From Octopus bimaculoides (taxonomy: Eukaryota), in NCBI RefSeq assembly GCF_001194135.2, contig NC_068989.1, forward strand, positions 43,652,218 to 43,716,217: a stretch of DNA of 64,000 bases, read 5' to 3'. How positions within the stretch are numbered: position 1 is the stretch's first letter; every line of letters starts with the position of its first letter. Below, one piece after another: positions 54,218-64,000 of this stretch. Under the pieces are notes generated by a model. The model was not told where the DNA came from. It saw nothing but the letters and a program-made list of their open reading frames with translations, and searched no databases. The position numbers and the translations under genes are program-made.

Positions 54218-54598
54218 GTTGTTGTTGTTGGCACTCCGTCACTTACGACATCGAAGGTTCCAGTTGATCCGATCAAAGGAACTGCCTGCTCGTGAAATTA
54301 ACGTGCACGTGGCTGAGCACTCCACAGACACATGTACCCTTAACGTAGTTCTCGGGGATATTCAGCGTGACACAGTGTGACAAGGCTGACCCTTTGAATT
54401 ACAGGCACAACAGAAACAGGAAGTAAGAGTGAGAGAAAGTTGTGGTGAAAGGGTACAGCAGGGTTCACCACCATCCCCTGCCGGAGCTTCGTGGAGCTTT
54501 AGGTGTTTTCGCTCAATAAACACTCACACTGGTAATCGAAACTGCGATCCTATGACCGCGAGTCTGCTGCCCTAACCACTGGGCCATTGCGCCTCCAT
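54218..54598 (-). mobile_element. Full-length tRNA-derived SINE (family 4) with TSD
   Basis: Minus-strand head GGAGGCGCAATGGCCCAGTGGTTAGGGCAGCAGACTCGCGGTCATAGGATCGCAGTTTCGATT has A-box (TGGCCCAGTGG) and B-box-like (GTTTCGATT) motifs. (ACA)n tail. 10-bp TSD GATGGTTTGT at 54208-54217 and 54599-54608. Confidence 0.85.
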
Positions 54599-55489
54599 GA
54601 TGGTTTGTATACATAGAATAAAAAATAAAAATTGTTCAATACTTTCAAGAATTCCTTGAACAGAATTTTATAGATTAGCAACATACACTAACACAAATAA
54701 ATTTAACCAGGAAATAACTGCATGCCTTCAGTCTACATAGCTGATGATGAGTGTCACAAGCATTTCAGCCGTATGTAAAGAACCCTCCATTCAATACACG
54801 GGCAAATGATCAAATCTACAAAAACCAATCGATTCAAGCAAGAACGGGAAAATGGATAACAAAGAGATTAAGAAGCACCACTGTTTCTTCTCTTCTTCCT
54901 CCTTCAGTCAGCAACTAAGGCATGTTTCAATGATTTTAATATCTTTACCTTTACCATAATCACCACCACCACCACCACCACCATCACCACCACCGCCGCT
55001 GATGCCAACGTCACTACTAATACCACAACACTGCTTGCATCCATGATCAACACCAGCATCAGTATCAAGACCACCAACACACATGAATATCATCAACAGT
55101 AACATTGAAATCACATCTGCCACTACCACTGGCACCACCACCACCACCACCACCACCACCACCACAGATACTATGGGGAAAAAAATAGTAAACCTGCTTA
55201 AATATTCTAGCTCATTTCCTTCTCCAGAAACAAGAATCTGTGCTTTCATGGATCATATAAAAAGATACACCCACAAACACAGACACACACACACACACCA
55301 CACAACACACACATACATATATATATATAAAATTAATATATATATATAATTAATAAATATATAATTAATTTATATATATATAATTAATAATAGTAATAGT
55401 ATGACAACAAAAGAATGAATGAGACTTCGATATTATGTAAATAGAGGAATTTATCTGTAATATAACATGTGACAATTATTCGGTTGCCA

Positions 55490-55552
55490 TAATAAAACTC
55501 TGAGTTTCGGATGTCGGGGCGGAAAACTGCTCCGGCATCTCGTCAGTTATTA
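55490..55552 (-). ncRNA. Type I hammerhead ribozyme motif (Penelope-associated, minimal stem III)
   Basis: Minus strand: UAAUAA-CUGACGA-GAUGCCGGAGCAG UUUU CCGCCCCGACAUC-C-GAAAC-UCAGA-GUU-UUAUUA. Stem I is 6/6; both core strands are intact; stem II is 10/13; stem III is near-palindromic ACUC-A-GAGU. Confidence 0.75.
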
Positions 55553-55826
55553 AGACAAACAAAAATGCTATGAAAATGACTGTTAAACGAAGGGAAATTA
55601 CTATGTAAATGACCGTTATTAAGACAAACAGAAGAGCTATTAGATTGACCGTTAAATAAAGGGAAAAAAACTCGAAAGCGGAGAAAGTAAAAGACGCTCA
55701 TAGAATTTGCATATGGGCACGTGCATACATATATATGTGCGCACACACACCCACATACATGTGCCTATATGCATATGCTCACTCACACTTGCGTGAAACA
55801 CATACATGCACACCTACACACACGCC

Positions 55827-56225
55827 TATATAGCTGGATAATATGGTTGTTTTTCTTTTAACCCAGTGTCTGAAGCTCAAGGTGTGATTGTTGAACCTGG
55901 CTTTAAAATTCCCCTCTGTGAAACCCACATATTTCTTTGGCGAAACTATGTCCTTAGTGGTTGTAGAGTCTATGGTGGCTTCATAAATGATGGTCTCGGA
56001 CATGCAAGCTCTATTTAGCGGGCACAAATTTTTATCCCTGCATGAACAGCTGGTTTCATTTTGTTGTTTTTGTGTGTTGTGTGTGATTATATTTTTAAAA
56101 TTAGTAGTTGAGCTAAAACTGATTTTTAAGTTATGTCTATTGAAGAGCTTTCTGTAACTATGACTGATTGGAAAATGCCCATCTATAAGTGATAAATATT
56201 TACCTACATTAAAAGTTATTAAATT
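55827..56225 (-). mobile_element. Penelope-like element fragment: RT C-terminus, Cys-rich linker and GIY-YIG endonuclease
   Basis: FPISHSYRKLFNRHNLKISFSSTTNFKNII...CSCRDKNLCPLNRACMSETIIYEATI...KKYVGFTEGNFKARFNNHTLSFRH...LSSYI contains IYxA...YVGxT...FKxRxxxH (GIY-YIG) preceded by a CxC..CP..C linker. Confidence 0.9.
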
Positions 56226-56253
56226 TATATATACATACATACATATATATAGA

Positions 56254-57366
56254 TTAGGTTGTCTCACATAAAATATTGTATTTTAAATGGGTTTCTTATG
56301 AGTCATCTATAAATGGATTTTTAATGAGTTTCTATGTATATGCCTGTTTACTCATAACTCTTTTTCTTTCCAGACAATACCAATATTCAAAATTGCTACC
56401 ACAGCTCTTATGACAATGTTGACAACTGAACAATACTGAGCTTTTGGTAATGAATCTGTTGATATTAGAACTGTTCAGAGATGGTTCCAAAGATTTCGTT
56501 CAGGAAATGAAAGCCTTAAAAATTATCCAAGAGGGAGACCAAAATCAGTTATTTGGTATGATGAATTGAATGCTTTGATTAAACAAAATCCAAAAACAGT
56601 CTGAAAAATCAGATCAGAACTCCAGACATCTCCTGCAACTGCTTCTTGACACTTGAAGAAAATTGGAAAAGTCAAAAGGATGGATTCATAGAAACAGACA
56701 CCTTACAGTATGTTCCATGTTGATTTCTAAGTTGGAAAGAGAACCATTTTTGTACTGATTCATTATGTGTGATGAGAAATGGATACTCTTTGATAACAGT
56801 AGGAAGACAGGACAATACTAACATGCAAGAGAGTCACCAAAACACTACCCAAAACCACTATTGCACCCTAAAATGTTGATGATCACTGTATGGTGGTCAA
56901 CAAAGGGGGTTACTCATTATTCATTTTTGCAACAAGGAAAAACTGTAACAGCAAAATCCTGTTTTCAGGAAATAGATTGTATGCATGAAAAATTAAAAAA
57001 GAAGCAACCCAGATTAGTGAATAGAGATGGCCCAATTTTGTTTCATGATAATGCACAGCCTCACACTTAAGCTACGTTCCACAAGTTGCAAACCCTGAAT
57101 AATGAAACTTTGGCACACTCTCCTTATTCCCCTGATATCTCGCCTTCTAATTATGATATACTTAAACACTTCAAGTTTGCTATATGCCATAAAGGATTCT
57201 TAAATAAAGAAGAGGTAATTGAAGCATTTGAACAGTTTATCAGTGTAAAACATAACCAATTCTTTAAAGATAGAACATATGCCTTAGAGGAACGTTGGAT
57301 GAAGGTCATAAATGAACATGGATATTTTGATTAAATAGATAAATATTCTAACAATTAAAAAACAAT
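56254..57366 (+). mobile_element. Mariner element fossil (DD34D-type transposase, multiple stops/frameshifts)
   Basis: FGNESVDIRTVQRWFQRFRSGNESL..PRGRP; MCDEKWILFDN; HPKMLMITVWW; LFHDNAQPH; HSPYSPDISPSNY; ERWMKVINEHGYFD*. A left TIR-like TTAGGTTGTCTCACATAAAA follows a TA run; the right TIR is not evident. Confidence 0.9.
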
Positions 57367-57369
57367 TTT

Positions 57370-57400
<31 letters not shown>

Positions 57401-57526
57401 CATATATATATGTATATGTATGTATGTATGTGTATGTATATATATGTATATATATATATATTATATACATATATATATATATGTGTATATATATATTATA
57501 TACATATATATATGTATATATATATT

Positions 57527-57567
<41 letters not shown>

Positions 57568-58386
57568 TATAATATAGATATACATGGTGTGATCCAGAGA
57601 GGAGTGGACAGCATGCTGTGACCAGCGGTGTCAAATGGACACCCAACGGACTGGTCGGCCAAGGTGATCAAGGTGATATAATCAATTTAATGTCTACTTT
57701 CACATACTTGCATGAATTGAATTATGGTGCATTGGGCTAGTGTTTTACTGATGGATACCTTCTTGTCACCAACAACCTTTTACTTCCAAGCAGAGTAATA
57801 ATCTCCCAGTTTATCAAACAAACAACCCAGACATGTTTTTGTGGTGGACTGCAAAGCAAACAACACTGTCGAGAAGCCACTGTTTACAAACCAGTGAAGG
57901 TGAAGGAAATATGAACAAACACAAATGCACACAAGCACAGACACATATACATATGCATAAGACAAGCTTCTTTTAGTTTCCATTTAACAAATCCATTCAC
58001 AAGACTTTGGTTCATCCAGAGCTATAATCAGAGACAGGATGGGCATCTGGGGTCTTCTACAATAGTCCTGAGCCAACCAAAACCTTGTGAGTGGATTAAG
58101 TGAACAGAAACTAAAAGAAGCTTGCTGATGTGTGCATGCACATGTGTATGTGTGTGCCTTTGTCTTGGCATCGTGTTTCCAAGCAGGCATCGTGTTTCCA
58201 AGCAGGCATCGTGTTTCCAAACATTTCCCCATGACCAAATGTTTTTCAAGGAAGACCAGAAAAGAATGACATTGATTGTATGGTGGTGATACTCATTTAC
58301 AACCGTTACATGATGTCAAGAGAAAAGCACACACAAAAATGAGCTTTTAGTTTCTGTCAAAGGATTCAGTTGGGTTGGGAGTATCA

Positions 58387-58888
58387 NNNNNNNNNNNNNN
58401 NNNNNNNNNNNNNNNNNNNNNNNNNNNNNNNNNNNNNNNNNNNNNNNNNNNNNNNNNNNNNNNNNNNNNNNNNNNNNNNNNNNNNNNNNNNNNNNNNNNN
58501 NNNNNNNNNNNNNNNNNNNNNNNNNNNNNNNNNNNNNNNNNNNNNNNNNNNNNNNNNNNNNNNNNNNNNNNNNNNNNNNNNNNNNNNNNNNNNNNNNNNN
58601 NNNNNNNNNNNNNNNNNNNNNNNNNNNNNNNNNNNNNNNNNNNNNNNNNNNNNNNNNNNNNNNNNNNNNNNNNNNNNNNNNNNNNNNNNNNNNNNNNNNN
58701 NNNNNNNNNNNNNNNNNNNNNNNNNNNNNNNNNNNNNNNNNNNNNNNNNNNNNNNNNNNNNNNNNNNNNNNNNNNNNNNNNNNNNNNNNNNNNNNNNNNN
58801 NNNNNNNNNNNNNNNNNNNNNNNNNNNNNNNNNNNNNNNNNNNNNNNNNNNNNNNNNNNNNNNNNNNNNNNNNNNNNNNNNNNNNNNN
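58387..58888. other. Assembly gap (largest of seven)
   Basis: N runs at 2830-2923, 18027-18225, 44374-44594, 46071-46170, 49564-49631, 50878-50887 and 58387-58888; several abut (TA)n or poly-T tracts. Confidence 1.
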
Positions 58889-60170
58889 GATGTGATTACA
58901 TTCGGAGTTTGTTCTAGAGCTTGACAGTTGTTGCTATTAAGTATATTAATGATTCTTATAAATTATAAAAACTGAGAAGTCCAGAATCAACCCCTTAACA
59001 ACTAGTTTAAAGTACATATTTACAATGTCTTTCAGTGTTTTGTTTAGAATATTTGCAGCAAATATTTCTCAATATACTTTAATGTAATCTCAACCAAGGG
59101 CAATTATTCATTAATAGAAAGTAAAAAAAAACTAGAAAAATAAAATAATATAGACATGGTTTTTAAAACTACCCACAGAGTTACAAGTTAGACAAGTCCA
59201 AAATTACTATTTATGTTATTTATGTTGTTAGCTGTATGTTTACTCACAGGTAAAGGGGTTGGTAGTACTCAGGGAATATGGAGTCATTTCGCTTTTCAGA
59301 AATGTTCTATGTAGCTCTAAAATGTTACATTCGCACACAGACACACAGACAAAACAAATAGTGCAATAGAAAGGACTAGTATAGAGTTCTATGAAAACAG
59401 TTAAAAACAGAGAGGTGTGCTGGAAATAAACACATGTTGTATGACAATATTGCTTAGCAACAATTGTCTTGCAGCAATATGCTTTGCCTTTTTTGTTTTT
59501 ATAGTTTTCTCTGAGCAGATTAGTTGTATGTGTGTGAGTGGACATGTGTGCATTGAAAACTCTATAGGCATGTGTGTGTGTATGTGTGTATGCATGTGGG
59601 TGTCGTTTTGTTTGTGCTCTAAATATCTGTATTTCTGTATTCACGCAAGCGCGTGCCTTATTTTCAGCCTTTGTATCTGAATTAATTCTCGGATAAAGAC
59701 TGAAAATAATAACAACTGCTTCTTACATAAAAATAATAAAGAAAAATTTTTTAAATCTGCTAAAACTATAATAATTACAATTATTCTCATCAACAGTAAC
59801 AACAACAATGCCTTTATTCCACATATGGCCTTAGGGAAGTAATTTTTTTTCAATGCTAAGCTTAGCAAGTGCATTAAAATAAAGAGCTAAAATAAATGGA
59901 AAGCTTAAACAATACACACAAAAAAACTATTGTACCGTAAACTAAAAAATTAAATACAATTGCTGTCCTAAGAGTGAAAAAAAAAAACCCTATCAGTGCA
60001 AGTGAACCACAAAATCAGATAATTCGTCCTTGGTTACTACCAAGAGATGGCACTGCAGATTTGATACATATAAACAAGCATACAAACACACCAGTCCACA
60101 TACATACATACATAGATTTATACACACAGACACAGACACACATATATGTATATATATATATACACACACA

Positions 60171-61166
60171 TGAAGACAAGGACAATACACGACTTTGTTG
60201 AAACAGTCCTTGCTGCAAAGCAAATTAAATAAAATTTGGGATTTTTTGCGGAGGGTGAAAGTGTTAACAAGAACAGGGCAGTGAGAACAAGACAGTAAAA
60301 ACAAATGGTGAGGGCTGTTGAGATATAATTATTAAAGGGGACAACACACGTTAAGGCAAGCCAAACATCTCAAGTCATATACATTATTATTATTATTGGA
60401 AAAATAATTCAGTCTTACAGCTGTTTCTGGGATATTCTGTCATTGGAGACAAATAGGGAAAATGAGAAGGGTATAGATAAATGAAATGACAACATAGAGG
60501 ACAGAATTAAAGGAATAAGGAAATGAAGGAAGAGACGCATAAAAGAAGCATAAAAGTTCATAGTTTAACTTTCCGATCTTGTAGAAATAAGTCCATAAGT
60601 CTGTTTTTTTTGTTTGTTTTTTCATGCTAGCATGGGTTAGACAAATATATTAGTGAGGCAAACCTTCCATGTCACTAATCTCTATCTGGTTTTTCTTTTT
60701 TTCACATGTCTTTGAAGGTGCAAAGCCAGCAGATAATTTTCTACAAGATTGGAAAGTTGAACTGTGAACTTTTATGCTTCTTTTTCTTTTCTTTCTTCAT
60801 CTCCTTATTCCTTTACTCCTGTCCTTTATGTCGTCATTTCAGTAATCTATACCCTTCTCATTTTCTCTGTTTGTCTCCAATGACAGAATATCCCATATTC
60901 TGGGATATCCCAGAAACAGCTGTAAGACTGAATTATTTTTCCAATAATAATAATGTATATGACTTGAGATGTTTGCCTTGCCTTAACATGTGTTGTCCCC
61001 TTTAACAATTATATCTCAACAGCCCTCACCGTTTGTTTTTACTGTCTTGTTCTCACTGTCCCGTTCTTGTTAACACTTTCACCCTCCACAAAAAATTCAA
61101 AATTTTATTTAAATTGTTTTGCAGGAAGGATTGTTTCAACAAAGTCGCGTATTGTCCTTGCCTTCA
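60171..61166. repeat. Long inverted repeat: ~417/429-bp arms with a 150-bp spacer
   Basis: 60171-60587 is the reverse complement of 60738-61166 along its whole length, with scattered substitutions. Example: tgaagacaaggacaatacacgactttgttgaaaca vs tgtttcaacaaagtcgcgtattgtccttgccttca. The ORF track shows the same paralogy (MQQGLFQQSRVLSL- / MQEGLFQQSRVLSL-). Confidence 0.95.
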
Positions 61167-62126
61167 AAATGCGGAGTAGATGAAACAGGGACAACTGACG
61201 AAGGGGTATACTCTTTATGTTGCATGTCTCGTTTCTCTGTTTTTTTTTCGTTGTTCGAAAAAAGTTCATTTTCTATGTTTTCGTTTTTATGTTTTCATTT
61301 CTCATTGTGTTTAACATTTTTTTGATGTCCTGTAATGAGGTTTGCTAATTTTTCACCCAATATCTCGCTTATTTCTATTTAAAATGCTATTTTGAAATGT
61401 TATTTTGAAATGTTATTTTGATCATTCCAGCGTGTTTCTAAGGCTCTTTTATGCTAGAAATCAAAGTTTCATAAAAAAAATTCCAGTTAATAGAATTACA
61501 GGAGGTAATGGGTTAAAGTGCCAAACTTGAGATGAAAAATCTTTTATCTCTATTTGTTTGTCATTGGAATGCATCCATGCAGGAGCACTGCCTTAAAGGG
61601 TTTCATTAAACAAACCAACCCCAGTACTTATTGTTATTATTTTCTTTTGTTTTAAAGTCACACACACTATCTCTTCTGGTGAACTGCTAAGTTACAAGGA
61701 TGTAAACAAACCAATACAGGTTGTCAAGCAGTGGGGGTGCAAACACAAAGATGCACATGCCTGTGTTTGTCCTCCACCACTACCACTGGACAACCAATAT
61801 TGATTTATCTACATCTTTCTATCTTAGTGGTTCAGTAAAGGAGACCAATAAAATAAAAACCAGGCTTAAAAGTAAGTACTGGGGTTCATTTGTTTGATTA
61901 AATAATTCAAGGAAGTACCCCAGCATGGCCACAGTCCAATGACTGAAACAAATAATGTTATAGTAGAAGATACTTGCCCTAGGTGCCACACAGCAGGACT
62001 GAACCTGAAACCATAGTTGCAAAGTAAACTTCTAAACCACAGAACCATGCCTGCACCTATAAGTGTATGTGCATACACACATTATTGTCATTTAGCCTCC
62101 TACAGATATTATACATACATACATAC

Positions 62127-62174
<48 letters not shown>

Positions 62175-63074
62175 CAGTGAATAATGTAGACAGTTTCTGT
62201 CTACATTATTCACTTACAAGGCAGTGATTGTCTCAGGGCTATAGAAGAAGGCATTTGCCAGAAGTGGTGCATAGTGAGACTGGATTTCAAACACTATGGT
62301 TGTGAAATGCCAGAATAATTTTTAAACACATGTCATCTACACACAGAATAAGGTTGAAGGGACATTCCTAGCTTTTTTTTTTTTCTTTTTTTTAGGCTTA
62401 ACATGCTAATTCTGACTGCCTCCAAATATTAAATCAATCTATTGAATCCTTTTTACCCAGCACTTCTTTCCTCTGGAATTAATTTCCTTCTCTCATCAAA
62501 CCTACAGAACTAAAATTTGAAACCGCACTGAATGTTAACCATGTTAATGTCACTTGACAATTCCATTCTCCCAGGCAAAGAGGATGTAGAAGATGAAATA
62601 CAAGCAGGGGTACTGCTCCTGCTCCTTCTCATCAGGATGATAAATTAAAAATAATACGTGACACAAGATAAACTGTACCCCATGATTAACACATTAACAG
62701 TGAACAGTAATGCACATATGCAGTACCAATACATCCATGCATAAACACTGTACGCAATCACTTCAGTGTGTGCAAGCAACAGTCCCGCCCACTGCAAAAG
62801 TATTTGGCTAAGTGCATCGTCTTTGTGTAATATCATAGCAATGTGATAGCATCTTAATGTTATATCTTTCATAGGAATGTGGTATATCCAGTTATGCTTC
62901 CTGAATGCACATAGAAGAACCGGTGAATGCTGCATCAAATGTCGTTGCTGATACATATAGAAGGGAAAGCCATCAACATTACTGTTATCAAAAGTAGCAA
63001 CAGCGTCTGGTAGCAGTATCATCACTTACCAATGAGAGTTCACAGAGGTCAATCAAGAGTTTTTTTCACAATCG

Positions 63075-63660
63075 ATTAGTCCAAGGAATAGCAGAGATGG
63101 AGAAAGGCTATAGATTAGCCCAAGGGAGGTGGATAAATAATGAATATGGATTGCTCCAAAGAAAGGAGATGAAGAATATGGATTCGTCCAAGAGTGGGGG
63201 ATAAAGATTATGGATTAGTCTAAGGGTGGGAGATAAAAGAAGACTCTGGATTAATCCAAGGGTAAAGATGAAGGAAGATACTATGGATTAGTCCAAGGGT
63301 GGGAGATAAAAGAAGATTACAGATTAGTCCAAATGAGAGAATTAGTCCAAGGTTGTGAAATGAAAACTATGTATTAGAGCAGGAGACAAAGGAAGATTCT
63401 GGATTAGAGTAAATGAGGGGATGTGGAACACTTCAAGAGCATGGATGAAGAAAGATTGTAGATTAGTCTGAGGAATGTTAGAGAAGAAAGTTATAGATAA
63501 GTCCAAGAAGTGGTAGAGATGAAGAAAAATTACTGATTAATCCAAGAATGGTCGTGAAGAAAGATTATGGATTAGTTCAAGAAAGGGAGGACGAAGAAGG
63601 ATTACAGATTAATTAAAAGGTGGAGGTTATGAACTAGTCCAAACGGTGGAGACAGTAGGA
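63075..63660. repeat. Degenerate ~30-38 bp purine-rich tandem repeat, about 17 units
   Basis: GATTAGTCCAAG-like motif recurs at ~63075, 63113, 63149, 63182, 63212, 63250, 63287, 63322..., separated by GA-rich spacers. Confidence 0.8.
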
Positions 63661-64000
63661 ATACCAGCTATCCAAAACCTTCACTAAGTCAAGTAATGAA
63701 AATCATGTCATCATCATTGACACATGTGTTTTTGCATAACAAATATAAGAAATAATTAATTAGTTTTTTTTAATGAGTTGCAGTTTGGTTTTGAGGCAAG
63801 GGATTTAGCTAACTGAATAGATCACCAGTATATTTGTAGGTTTGATATCTTGCTGAAAATCTAGATAGGTCATGTGGTTAAGATGTTTACTTCCCAACCA
63901 TGTGGTCTGGGGTTCAATCCCACTGTGCAACACATTGGACAAGAGTGTCTTCTACTCTACCCTAAAGCTGACCAAACACTTGTGAGTGGATTTAGTAGAT

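Noticed and set aside
54540-54596. tRNA gene
   Set aside because: Only the A/B boxes are tRNA-like. It runs into a SINE body with tail and TSD and cannot form a full cloverleaf.
55481-55545. CpG-rich promoter with an RFX-like GTTGCCAT and GC box
   Set aside because: Better explained as the reverse strand of the Penelope hammerhead region.
58167-58223. 19-bp triple tandem repeat (GGCATCGTGTTTCCAAGCA)
   Set aside because: A small local duplication inside a SINE-type copy near a gap; may be an assembly artefact.
59248-59306. Possible 59-nt minus-strand exon (catAG|AAC...TAC CT|GTGAGT; NISEKRNDSIFPEYYQPLY)
   Set aside because: Weak acceptor, incompatible phase with the tetraspanin exon, and no recognisable homology. 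It cannot be supported without RNA data.
62645-63025. 126-aa minus-strand ORF just after a GTAAGT
   Set aside because: No recognisable domain or motif, and it would begin inside a putative intron; treated as a chance ORF.

Overview
AT-rich, microsatellite-laden animal genomic DNA with seven N gaps. The repeat landscape resembles an octopus/coleoid cephalopod draft assembly (inference, not checked). I can support only one host coding exon: a 186-nt minus-strand internal exon (11887-12072) of a TSPAN15-like tetraspanin with clean AG/GT borders. I found no other exon of this gene, so most of the window is probably its very large introns or flanking DNA. The rest is transposon debris: CR1/L2-type, Tx1-like and R4/Dong-type (RLE) LINE fragments, a Penelope-like GIY-YIG fragment, a near-full-length pogo/Tigger fossil, two mariner fossils, hAT, piggyBac-type and Tc1-type MITEs, a Helitron-type 3' end, many SINEs, and several minisatellites. 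Main observations: (1) a near-complete type I hammerhead ribozyme at 55490-55552 (-), downstream of the Penelope endonuclease remnant; (2) a ~1 kb inverted duplication (60171-61166) whose arms each carry a decayed hammerhead-like motif; (3) head-to-tail SINE arrays whose (ATT)n tails host antiparallel RLE retrotransposon fragments; (4) several inverted repeat pairs that could form dsRNA in the pre-mRNA. All alignments, folds and family calls were done by eye or from memory; no database search was run.
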